From Candidatus Poribacteria bacterium (GTDB taxonomy: Bacteria; Poribacteria; WGA-4E; WGA-3G): 64,000 nt of DNA. The stretch spans positions 3,968,001 to 4,032,000 of the forward strand of contig OZ242029.1 of NCBI GenBank assembly GCA_965205015.1. Reading direction: 5' to 3'. The notes under the pieces were generated by a model. It saw only the letters and a list, made by a program, of their open reading frames with translations. It made no database searches and had not been told where the DNA came from. The position numbers and the translations under genes are program-made. This document shows, piece by piece, positions 55,335 to 64,000 of this stretch (positions within the stretch are counted from its first letter, which is position 1; each line of letters begins with the position of its first letter).

Positions 55335-57134
55335 CTAAATCCGGAAAATTTCTCCCAACTTCCCACCGAGCACACGACCTGCCCCAAGTAAACATGCAAT
55401 CAGGATAAGCATACCTACTACACCCAATGCGCTCGCTGTATAGGGACCGTGGTCTGGACGCTGGGAGAGTGACCAAATCGCTTTCGTAATGGGATAGTAC
55501 TTATCCTGCATTGCCAAGATTAAACTATCACTAACCTCTAACATCGAAAATGAGAACACGAGAATCGCACCCGCAAGGATATTCGCGATGACCAAGGGCA
55601 AAGTAATTTTATACAAGGTCCGAACAGGCGTTGCTCCCACGTTTTGGGATGCTTCTTCGTAACTCACACTCGTCTGCTGAAGTCCGGCGTAGATGGAACG
55701 CAGCATATATGGCAAGCGCCGCACCGCATAACTGATGATCAGAAGGAACGTCGGGTTCTGTCTCGGATCTATAACAGATACCAACCCATCCGGGAAATAC
55801 CGCAGGAGAAGCGTCGTATCGGCGAAACTGCCCATGTATCCGAATGCTATTGCAACCCCCGGCAACGCTAAGGGTAACATGGCGACTGCATCTAACAGAT
55901 TCTGGAACGGGAGACGTCTGCGGGTCAAGAGATAGGATACCACGATGCCTACAAGGAGTGCCAGCAAAGTGCTAAAAACGCTGTATTTTAGGCTGTTGAG
56001 AATACTCGGCAACGTATCGGAATGCGTGAAGGTCTCAACATAATGGGCAAAAGTCCATGATTGCGGTAACACACTTAATCGCCACTGGCTTGCATCCGGG
56101 GTCAAGGAGACAAGAATGACACTGATGTGTGGCAGCAACGCCGTAAACGTCAATCCACCGATGAAGAGATAGATGACACCCCGCATGCCCCAGTTTACAT
56201 CCGTTTCCCGGGACGTCACGTGTCCCCTACCGAGCATTTCGTAGTGTTTACTCCCTGTCCATCGTTTAGAAACATAAAAGGCGAGTGCTGTTAGCACAAT
56301 AATTAGCACAACAAGGGCGTACCCCATCGGATTCGTGTTCGCCTCCGTCACTTGGTTGAAGATGCGCACCGAAACGACGTTACGATACTCAAAAATTAGG
56401 GGTGTCCCGAGGTCGGTAAACGCCCAGATAAAGACAAGGATTGCACCAGCGAAGTAACCCGGCATCATCAACGGTAATGTTATCTGACGGAAGACCTGAA
56501 AGCGCGACGCTCCCATATTCTCGGCGGCTTCCTCTAAACTCGGATCGACATTCGCGAGTGCGGCGACGATGTTCAGATACATGATCGGATACAGGTGCAA
56601 TGTTGATAACATCACCACACCCCAGAACCCGCCGCCGAACCAGTCAATAGGCTCCGTCAGATCCATCAAGTTGAGTTTCCCGAGAAGCATGTTGACGCTC
56701 CCGTATAACCCGAAAAACTGTTTCATGCCGATCGCACCGACGAAGGGTGGCATAATCATCGGAATCAGAATGACAGCACGGAGCATATCGCGCCCCGGAT
56801 ACCGGTATCGCGTCAAAAAATACGCCAGTGGAAGGCTGATGATGCTCGTCACCAGCGTCACCATTACACCGATTTTGAAACTATTGATAACGAGTTCCCG
56901 GATATTCGGGTCGGTGCCTATCAATTTGAAATATGTGAGATTGAATTTGTTTTCGATCCAGAAGGCTTCTTTGAAAACATAGAGGAGTGGATAGATGAGG
57001 AAGACAACAAAGAAGAGGACCGTCAGCCCGAAAATCAGCGTGATGGATGGCGTGAAATCGTAGCGTCGTCTAATTCTGTCCATTAAAGACGGACTTCTTT
57101 GTGTGTTCTGTTCTGCCTCTGGACGGTCCAGCAT
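55335..57134 (-). CDS. Iron(III)/FbpB-type ABC transporter permease (two TM modules)
   Basis: PPFVGAIG, SLEEAAENMGA, DLGTPL, YEEASQNVGA. Confidence 0.88.
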   Translation of the reverse strand: MLDRPEAEQNTQRSPSLMDRIRRRYDFTPSITLIFGLTVLFFVVFLIYPLLYVFKEAFWIENKFNLTYFKLIGTDPNIRELVINSFKIGVMVTLVTSIISLPLAYFLTRYRYPGRDMLRAVILIPMIMPPFVGAIGMKQFFGLYGSVNMLLGKLNLMDLTEPIDWFGGGFWGVVMLSTLHLYPIMYLNIVAALANVDPSLEEAAENMGASRFQVFRQITLPLMMPGYFAGAILVFIWAFTDLGTPLIFEYRNVVSVRIFNQVTEANTNPMGYALVVLIIVLTALAFYVSKRWTGSKHYEMLGRGHVTSRETDVNWGMRGVIYLFIGGLTFTALLPHISVILVSLTPDASQWRLSVLPQSWTFAHYVETFTHSDTLPSILNSLKYSVFSTLLALLVGIVVSYLLTRRRLPFQNLLDAVAMLPLALPGVAIAFGYMGSFADTTLLLRYFPDGLVSVIDPRQNPTFLLIISYAVRRLPYMLRSIYAGLQQTSVSYEEASQNVGATPVRTLYKITLPLVIANILAGAILVFSFSMLEVSDSLILAMQDKYYPITKAIWSLSQRPDHGPYTASALGVVGMLILIACLLGAGRVLGGKLGEIFRI

Positions 57135-57382
57135 CCTTTTCTCCAGCTTATAGGTGTATTTTTTGGATCGCGATCGGAAAAACGGGCAAGCTACACTTTA
57201 ATTATACCCGATACGCTGCCGAATCGCACCTATTTTTTTCGCCCACTGTGCCTTTAGGGCGGTTCAGAAAAGGGGGACAGTTTGACATCGGGGCAACAAA
57301 CGCCTTCGCACGGAAAAAATTGGCAACACGTATCCCCTTAAAATGTTACACGTGTGGAACATTTTTGGAAGGGTAAAGTCTG

Positions 57383-58375
57383 TTAGGGGGTTACAGTTAC
57401 AGACCTCACACAACGAAAACCGATGACGAGGAACGCACTCTTTGGCTTGGAGTCCCTGCGAGCGGCGACACGTGGGAGTCGATCCATATCGAACCAGTTA
57501 CCACCGCGCCGGACGCGGGAAACACCAACATTAACATCTGTGAAGTTATCCAATAGCCACTGAATCGTGTTCGCACCCGCCAATGGATTGCGCGCAACAC
57601 CCTCCTGTGGAAATGTAGAATAGAATCCACGATGGTATGCATCTAAACACCATTCGCTCACGTTACCCGCCATATCATACAATCCATACCCGTTCTCAGG
57701 ATACCTACCTACGGCGGTGGTATCTTTAATGTTGTTGCCGTAGTTCGCATCCCGCGGCGTTAGCGTGTTCCCATGCGGATACTTCTGATCGACTAAGCCC
57801 CCGCGCGCGGCGCGTTCCCATTCCGCCTCTGTCGGCAGACGCTTTCCTGCCCACTTCGAGTATGCCATCGCCGCATACCAACTCACACTATCAACCGGAT
57901 GTTTGCCTTTACCTTTTGGGTAGTTATTCCCGTCCCAGTCCCAGAGATAACGCCCATTGTGAAATCTTCCGTTAATCCGCCACTTCTGCCAACGCGGGTT
58001 TTCAAGCACAAATTCTTTGAATTGCGCGTTTGTCACTTCTGTTTCGTCCATATAGAACGCATCTACATAGACGGTGCGCACCGGCTGCTCATCGCCATCT
58101 GCCTCTGCATCGTCGCTGCCTATCCGAAACTCACCCTCGGGAATAAGCACCATGCCTTTAGGGAGCGGAGTTTCTTTCTCAAGAGGTGGTGTCTTTCCGT
58201 CTGGGGGCGGTGTTTTTTCCTCTGGGGGCGATGTTGTTGTTTCCGCTGGAAGTGTTATGTCATCTCGTTCGCAACCGCTGATAGCAAGAGCGAGCCCCCC
58301 GACGAGCAGAATGACGCAATACCTTTCCAAAATACGCTTTAAGGACATTTTCAAGTCCCTATGGTGTTTTGTCAT
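57383..58375 (-). CDS. Formylglycine-generating enzyme (FGE/SUMF1)-fold lipoprotein
   Basis: LAISG|C lipobox; Pro-rich linker; EVTNAQF, RLPTEAEWERAARGG, GLYDMAGNVSEW, GFRCV; AAGGAGGT RBS. Confidence 0.88.
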   Translation of the reverse strand: MTKHHRDLKMSLKRILERYCVILLVGGLALAISGCERDDITLPAETTTSPPEEKTPPPDGKTPPLEKETPLPKGMVLIPEGEFRIGSDDAEADGDEQPVRTVYVDAFYMDETEVTNAQFKEFVLENPRWQKWRINGRFHNGRYLWDWDGNNYPKGKGKHPVDSVSWYAAMAYSKWAGKRLPTEAEWERAARGGLVDQKYPHGNTLTPRDANYGNNIKDTTAVGRYPENGYGLYDMAGNVSEWCLDAYHRGFYSTFPQEGVARNPLAGANTIQWLLDNFTDVNVGVSRVRRGGNWFDMDRLPRVAARRDSKPKSAFLVIGFRCVRSVTVTP

Positions 58376-58519
58376 GAGGGAATACCTCCTTTGGCAGTAT
58401 GATAACACAAATCACAATATTACCGCATTATTTTTTGATCGGAGAATTCTTGTTGACCCCTGAGCACTATTTGTGCTATACTTTAGCAATATCCACAACA
58501 CAGAATCGTAGACTTACCT

Positions 58520-59647
58520 ATGGCAACAGTCCGACTTGAAAACATTACAAAACGGTTTGGTGATCTTATCGCACTTGACGACATCAACCTCGATATCCAA
58601 GACGAAGAATTCTTTGTGCTGCTCGGTCAGACCGGTGCGGGCAAAACGACGACACTTCGGTGTATCGCTGGATTGGACACACCCGAAGAAGGCACAATCT
58701 ATCTCGACGACGTGAGCGTCAACGACAAAACCCCCGCGGAACGCGATGTCGCATTTGTCTTCCAGTCGCATATCCTCTATCCACACCTCAGCGTTTACGA
58801 GAACATGGCGTTCCCGCTGCATCCGAGAAAACTCTCTGCAGAAGAGATTGACCGGCGGGTCAGGGATATTGCGCAAATGCTGCATATCGAGCATCTACTC
58901 CTGCGGACCCCAAATCAGTTGAGCGGTGGGGAGACGCAGCGCGTCGGACTCGGACGCGCAATGGTCCGTCGTCCTCAAGTCTTCCTTATGGACGAACCGA
59001 TCTCCAATCTCGATGCGAAACTCCGCACCGAGATGCGAGCGGAAATCCGTTGGCGGCAACGTGAACTCGGTACAACGACCTTCTATGTGACGCATGACCA
59101 AATCGAAGCGATGTCAATGGCAGACAGGATCGCTGTTCTCGAAGCCGGCAGAATCCAGCAATTGGGAACACCGGCTGACATCTATAATCATCCGACTAAC
59201 CTATTTGTCGCTGGCTTCATCGGGAATCCGAGCATGAATTGCATCCCTTGCGACATCTCCAACACGAATGGCGAACTCCTTATGACGTTAGCGAGCCATC
59301 TCGATGGTGGTAATGTAGTCGCCATTCAGGACCCCAAGATCGCTAAAGTTGTAAACGACAACGCGCCAGACCGAGACCTTATCTTCGGCACGCATGCTGA
59401 AGATGTCATCGTGAGTCATCAGCCAATTCCCAATGCTTTTCAGGCGGAAGTCTATAGCAGTGAACCCCTCGGTGCAGAAACAATCGTCGAATTGACGCTC
59501 GGAACGGATACATCCGGCGCGCACACGATTCTGAAAGCATCCACAGCACCGAACTTTGAAGCGGAAATCGGACAGCACCTCTACGTCGCATTTGTTCCAG
59601 AACGGATGCATTTTTTCGATAAAAATAGTGGCGACGCGCTTCTGTAG
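58520..59647 (+). CDS. Sugar ABC transporter ATP-binding protein (MalK-like)
   Basis: GQTGAGKTT, LSGGE, MDEPISNLDAKLR, VTHDQ, C-terminal TOBE. Confidence 0.92.
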   Translation: MATVRLENITKRFGDLIALDDINLDIQDEEFFVLLGQTGAGKTTTLRCIAGLDTPEEGTIYLDDVSVNDKTPAERDVAFVFQSHILYPHLSVYENMAFPLHPRKLSAEEIDRRVRDIAQMLHIEHLLLRTPNQLSGGETQRVGLGRAMVRRPQVFLMDEPISNLDAKLRTEMRAEIRWRQRELGTTTFYVTHDQIEAMSMADRIAVLEAGRIQQLGTPADIYNHPTNLFVAGFIGNPSMNCIPCDISNTNGELLMTLASHLDGGNVVAIQDPKIAKVVNDNAPDRDLIFGTHAEDVIVSHQPIPNAFQAEVYSSEPLGAETIVELTLGTDTSGAHTILKASTAPNFEAEIGQHLYVAFVPERMHFFDKNSGDALL

Positions 59648-59665
59648 GAGAGATTTGTAATCCCG

Positions 59666-59803
59666 ATGAACTGGCGACTTAAACTCTTTAATCTTATCCC
59701 AAAGTTTCTAAAGCGTGTCGGCTGCCACCTCTTACGCCGACTCGGATACGACCCCGATGCGTGGTTAGAAAACTTCCTCAGAGAACACAAAGGAGACTCA
59801 TAA
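59666..59803 (+). CDS. Putative 45-aa small protein
   Basis: ATG..TAA fills the gap between two genes; its stop abuts the next GTG start. Confidence 0.35.
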   Translation: MNWRLKLFNLIPKFLKRVGCHLLRRLGYDPDAWLENFLREHKGDS

Positions 59804-61438
59804 GTGAAAGGCGGAGATATCATCATTGAGTGTTTGAAAGCACAAGGTGTTTCAGCGGTTTTCGGAATGCCCGGCACCCAAAACATCCAAATCTACGATG
59901 CACTATTGCGACGCGGCGAAGGCACAATCGATCACTACCTCGTCCGACATGAATATGCGGCGACACAGATGGCAGACGGGTTTGCGCGCGCAACAGGTGA
60001 ACCCGGTGTCGCTATCACTGTACCGGGACCGGGTGCCAGTAATGCATCCACAGGGATTTTAGAGGCGTTTACTGACTGTGCGCCTGTCCTGCTGATTACG
60101 GGGCAGAGCGATTCCAGCCTCTACAGCAAACATCCGAGCAAGATGTTCCACGGTTTGGATCAGATGCGGTTTTTCGAGTCGATTACCAAATACTGTGCTA
60201 TCGCACACACCGTCGCTGAGATTCCTGTCGTCATTGAAAACGCCTTTAAAGCGATGCGCAGTGGGAGACCGGGACCCACCATGCTGGAATTCCCGATGGA
60301 TGTCGTCACTGGCGAAGGAGATGTCCGAATTCCGCCGCGGGTCGAGCGTGCTGAATTATCGCCTCCTGACGACGCCTCTCTGAGTACCGCAGTCGAAACC
60401 ATCCGCAACGCTAAGATGCCCCTGATTTTCGCCGGTTCCGCTGTCTTTCATTCAAACGCCCGAAACGAGTTACGGCTCCTCGCCGAAAAACTGAACGCAC
60501 CCGTCATTGTCACCCGTAATGCAAAAGGCGTTTTGTCGGAGGACCATCCGTTGGCACTCCAAATTTGTTACGGTTACCTCGGACGTGAGGCACTCCAACG
60601 TACGGATTGTTTAATCGGGATCGGACCTCGTTTTACCTCCATCGATACCCGAAATTGGAGTCTGGAACTCCCGCAACCCTTCATCCAAATAGACGAAGAC
60701 GCCGATGAGATTGGGCTTGAATACCCGTGCGATATAGGTGTGGTGGGTGATCTGAAACTGACGTTGCAGGCACTCATTGAGGACGTTGTTCCCGGTGAAA
60801 ACGCGTGGGATGAGATACTCGCACAACTCCGACCGGCATTCGACGCACAGCCGCCGTTGCCGGTCATTCATGAACTACAGGACGTGCTACCACGAGATAC
60901 CATCTACGCCATTGATGTCCATGCGCTCGGTTACGCCTCTTTCGCCGAGTTTCCAATCTACGATCCGAGGACCTTCCTCTACCCGAATATCGGTGTCGCA
61001 TTAGGACATGCGTATCCTGCGGCTATCGGCGCGAAGGTCGCGCATCCCGATCGACCTGTCATCTGTTTCAGTGGTGACGGCGGGTTCCTGATGGGAGCCG
61101 TGGAAATGGCGACCGCCATGAAATACGGTATCAACGTCGTTGCGATTGTGGTGAACGATGGGGCTTTGTCAGCGATCAAGGGGTCTCAACAGAAAGGGTG
61201 TGAAGGACGCACGATCGACACGGATCTGCTGAATCCGAATTTTGTCGAATTCGCACAATCCTTCGGGGCGTATGCCAAGCGGGTCGAGAATTTGGGAGAT
61301 TTCAAAGACACTTTACGGGACGCGCTCGCTGCCGAAAAACCGGCACTCATTGAAGTGATGCTACAGGAACGGCAGGACGACATTGTCAACGTCATCGGAT
61401 GGTTGATGTCCGAACCGCTCCGAACATCTGCTTTTTAA
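59804..61438 (+). CDS. Thiamine pyrophosphate-binding protein (acetolactate synthase-like family)
   Basis: VFGMPG, RHE, GPGASN, GRPGP, GDGGF..N TPP motif. Confidence 0.9.
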   Translation: MKGGDIIIECLKAQGVSAVFGMPGTQNIQIYDALLRRGEGTIDHYLVRHEYAATQMADGFARATGEPGVAITVPGPGASNASTGILEAFTDCAPVLLITGQSDSSLYSKHPSKMFHGLDQMRFFESITKYCAIAHTVAEIPVVIENAFKAMRSGRPGPTMLEFPMDVVTGEGDVRIPPRVERAELSPPDDASLSTAVETIRNAKMPLIFAGSAVFHSNARNELRLLAEKLNAPVIVTRNAKGVLSEDHPLALQICYGYLGREALQRTDCLIGIGPRFTSIDTRNWSLELPQPFIQIDEDADEIGLEYPCDIGVVGDLKLTLQALIEDVVPGENAWDEILAQLRPAFDAQPPLPVIHELQDVLPRDTIYAIDVHALGYASFAEFPIYDPRTFLYPNIGVALGHAYPAAIGAKVAHPDRPVICFSGDGGFLMGAVEMATAMKYGINVVAIVVNDGALSAIKGSQQKGCEGRTIDTDLLNPNFVEFAQSFGAYAKRVENLGDFKDTLRDALAAEKPALIEVMLQERQDDIVNVIGWLMSEPLRTSAF

Positions 61439-61468
61439 CGCGATGCTTGGCAATACACCGGTGTGTTT

Positions 61469-62293
61469 TTAATACTCGCCGCGTGCGTTCCAACCGGGAT
61501 ACTGTTCTTCCAACGCCTGAAGCGTCTGCGGTGTGTAGTATGGATGTCCTGCGGGTGGGAACCGAAAGACTTCACGCTCTGCGGCTGTCAGCGTGCCGAT
61601 GAATTTCGAGAATATCGGATTCCGACCTTTGTCTGTGTAGTGTCGAAAGCCTTCCCAATAGTGGTCTGCCCGTCCTAAACCGAATCCCCACGTGAAGCGT
61701 TGTCCATCTTCCCGTAGATAATCGCTTGCTGAATGCAGTGTATAGTTGTTAAAGATACAGACGGTTCCGCCTTTACAAACAAGGGGTTCGTATTGAGAGG
61801 TATCCCGTCCGTGTTCCTTCGCAAGGAGTCTCAGCGGTGCTTGGTCTGCGTCAACATCCTCAAGGTGTACCCAAAAACCGATTTGCCCGAATTCACGAGC
61901 ACTCTCGGACTGGGGTAGCAGTGAGTTATTGCCGTTATCGATGTGTAAATTACTTGGATCGCTATCGACACCGGGACCTTTAAATCCGGGATAGCGTGCA
62001 ATCATACAGCCAGCACGGTAGTGAATCTGCTCCGTTTTCAGGAATTTACGTGCGAATTCCCATGCGTCGTGGTCCACGATCGCACGTAATAACGCCATTT
62101 CAGCGGGCGGGAATTCGGTCAAAGTTGCTCGACCGGGGGGTGGGTCCCCCTTAACTTCTTCCCATGTCGGGAGTACCCGGCGTTGGGCAGCTTGCATCTC
62201 GGCAAGTTGTTCACCTGAATAGTAATCGGGGACAATTAAGTAACCTTTCGCTAAGAGTTCGTCCAGTTGGGCATCGGTAAATTTCTTAGGCAT
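61469..62293 (-). CDS. Phytanoyl-CoA dioxygenase (PhyH)-like 2OG/Fe(II) oxygenase
   Basis: GYLIVPD, LHID (HxD), VHLED, distal H in LHSAS; GGAGG RBS. Confidence 0.8.
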   Translation of the reverse strand: MPKKFTDAQLDELLAKGYLIVPDYYSGEQLAEMQAAQRRVLPTWEEVKGDPPPGRATLTEFPPAEMALLRAIVDHDAWEFARKFLKTEQIHYRAGCMIARYPGFKGPGVDSDPSNLHIDNGNNSLLPQSESAREFGQIGFWVHLEDVDADQAPLRLLAKEHGRDTSQYEPLVCKGGTVCIFNNYTLHSASDYLREDGQRFTWGFGLGRADHYWEGFRHYTDKGRNPIFSKFIGTLTAAEREVFRFPPAGHPYYTPQTLQALEEQYPGWNARGEY

Positions 62294-62405
62294 ATCAACC
62301 TCCATTGGAGAAGTAGCGTAAGTTTGGACAGGAGCGGATTAAAAATTTTTGCTGACGAACCTTACAACCAAAATGAGTGGCAAAGCCCGTCAGCAAAATT
62401 GAGAG

Positions 62406-62478
62406 CTCCCCCAGACGGACTCGAACCGCCGACACGATGGTTAACAGCCATCTGCTCTACCGACTGAGCTATGGGGGA
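62406..62478 (-). tRNA. tRNA-Asn(GTT), CCA not encoded
   Basis: TCCCCCA acceptor stem pairs with TGGGGGA; D arm AGCTCAGTCGGTAGAGC; anticodon loop CTGTTAA; GGTTCGAGTCC T arm. Confidence 0.97.
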
Positions 62479-62636
62479 TTATTAATGTAATTATACACTA
62501 TTTCACCCGGGATTGCAAATTAAATTCAAATTTTTACCGGTTTTCTTGGAAAGAGTATTTTTGCTACAAATGAAATAGACTGATTTAATTATACGTCGTC
62601 TCATCCGAGATTGCAAATTGAATATTACGACGGCAT

Positions 62637-63026
62637 TTAACATCCACACACGATTTCCGTTCCTGAAACCCCTTGCGTGCCTTCCGTTTCATAGCCATCA
62701 CGTTTCCACCAATCTAAACCGCCCATCAATTCCTTAACCTGAAACCCCAATTTCGCCATATTTAGCGCACCTTTGGTAGAGGCATTGCAACCGATACCAT
62801 CGCAGTAGGTCACATACACCTTAGATGTATCGAGTTCATGTGTCGTCGCCTCAGACATGGTGCGATGCGGGATATTTATCGCTGTCGGAATGTGTTCACG
62901 CGCATACGCCTCTGGCGACCGCGCATCTATGACGACGATGGGGTCACCGTTATTGAGTGCTTCATAGAGATCCCAAGAATCCGTTTCGTAATTCAGTTTT
63001 GCTTGATAAAATTCAATGTGTCCCAT
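62637..63026 (-). CDS. Rhodanese-like domain protein
   Basis: IDARSPEAYAREHIPTA, YCDGIGCNAS, GGLDWW. Confidence 0.9.
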   Translation of the reverse strand: MGHIEFYQAKLNYETDSWDLYEALNNGDPIVVIDARSPEAYAREHIPTAINIPHRTMSEATTHELDTSKVYVTYCDGIGCNASTKGALNMAKLGFQVKELMGGLDWWKRDGYETEGTQGVSGTEIVCGC

Positions 63027-63032
63027 AACTGT

Positions 63033-63371
63033 TTAAACATGTCTCCTTTTTAGCAATCTTCGCAAATCCAACCGCCCTTGCAAAAAACCCCACAGAATAC
63101 CGACAACGAACCATACCCAGAAACCTATTAATCCAATTTGCAAAGCAGAACCGTAAACCTCCGCTGCCCTACCGCTGTAGCGTCCTTCTCTGGGCGGTCC
63201 CGAGTCGTAGAAATGATCGAGCATGTCACGCGGAATTCGCACATCCATGATGATATGAAAAAGATATGCTACAACGAAAGACCATACATAACCTACAACG
63301 TAACCCAGCAGAACTCTCAACAACAAAATTCCGACAAACCGAAGGCTGGCTTTGAACTTCTGTATAAACAT
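63033..63371 (-). CDS. Hypothetical two-TM membrane protein
   Basis: Two hydrophobic segments; AAGGA RBS. Confidence 0.55.
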   Translation of the reverse strand: MFIQKFKASLRFVGILLLRVLLGYVVGYVWSFVVAYLFHIIMDVRIPRDMLDHFYDSGPPREGRYSGRAAEVYGSALQIGLIGFWVWFVVGILWGFLQGRLDLRRLLKRRHV

Positions 63372-63458
63372 AGTTTCTGCTTCCTTGGGAGTTGAAAAAG
63401 AATCATGTCTGGCATTAGGTATAGATTTTAATTTCTTCAGGTACGCGGCAAACCTTAA

Positions 63459-64000
63459 TTATTCCACAGAAAACACCGCAATTTCACCGGTGTTGATCCA
63501 CCTCGCAGCCACGCTTTTGCCCGGAATCACGACAGCTTTGTAGGCAAACGGCTCCGTCCCGAAATTTGCAAATATTTCGACTGCATCCCCAAACTCAGTG
63601 CGTTGGACCCGCCTGTTATCGCTCAGCCACTCAAAATCGGTCATCGTCTGACCGCCGATGTGTCGATGCAGCGGTGAAAAGAATGCATAGTGCCGTTGTA
63701 TCCACGCTTTATGCTTTGAAAACTCTGCCATATTCAGATGATATAACGGTGGAACATTGTAGAGCAACTCCAACAGTGCTAACGTCTCGATTGCATTCTC
63801 AAATTTGAGACTTCCAGAGAGCCAATGGTGGGTCGTCACCACCGAATCGTGGAACACAATCTGGTAAAGCGGGAGTCGGAAGTGCGGGGCAAAATAGCGA
63901 TACAGATAGTTCGGTTTGAGCGACACCTGTTTTATGTGAATCGCTGGAGCCTCGGGGGGCCAGTATCCGCCGATGTAGTAAGGCGAGGTCTTTTCCTTCA
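63459..64000 (-). CDS. Glycoside hydrolase-like protein (GH101/GH129-related), C-terminal part
   Basis: Frame is open to the window end; RLPLYQIVFHDSVVTTHHW..SLKF, VQRTEF..ANF. Confidence 0.55.
   Translation of the reverse strand, partial: KEKTSPYYIGGYWPPEAPAIHIKQVSLKPNYLYRYFAPHFRLPLYQIVFHDSVVTTHHWLSGSLKFENAIETLALLELLYNVPPLYHLNMAEFSKHKAWIQRHYAFFSPLHRHIGGQTMTDFEWLSDNRRVQRTEFGDAVEIFANFGTEPFAYKAVVIPGKSVAARWINTGEIAVFSVE

Noticed and set aside
57383-57520. DGR target-like C-terminus (FGE/CLec fold)
   Set aside because: No reverse transcriptase or template-repeat copy of this segment was seen in the window
62406-64000. Genomic island at tRNA-Asn
   Set aside because: No integrase, att duplication or phage/plasmid genes nearby

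Overview
Bacterial chromosomal segment (~49% GC by eye, diderm: TolC, TonB-dependent receptor, secretin). The gene mix (Uma2/DUF820, PhyH dioxygenase, LamG and TolB-like proteins with a C-terminal '...L.T.WG.LK' tail, many short dispersed repeats) resembles Candidatus Poribacteria; this is an inference, not a database result. About 50 CDS and one tRNA-Asn. Housekeeping and metabolic genes include acs, nfuA, truD, bioA, glpK, gmhA, actP, an archaeal-like beta-RFA-P synthase and a class II terpene cyclase. The centrepiece is a ~19 kb minus-strand type II secretion cluster (33084-51798: hypothetical, HEAT protein, gspE, cargo?, gspF, G, H, I, J, K, L, M-like, D, cargo?) with no recognisable gspC or prepilin peptidase. 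Two signal-peptide proteins inside or at the end of this operon, plus a third nearby, share a short C-terminal VxPxxxLxTxWGxLK motif, a candidate undescribed sorting signal. The cleaved leader peptides of GspH and GspJ contain in-frame copies of repeats found intergenically elsewhere in the window. Other oddities: a sigma70 with a tandemly amplified region 1.2, a ferredoxin-TM-Hsp20 fusion and at least five small repeat families.
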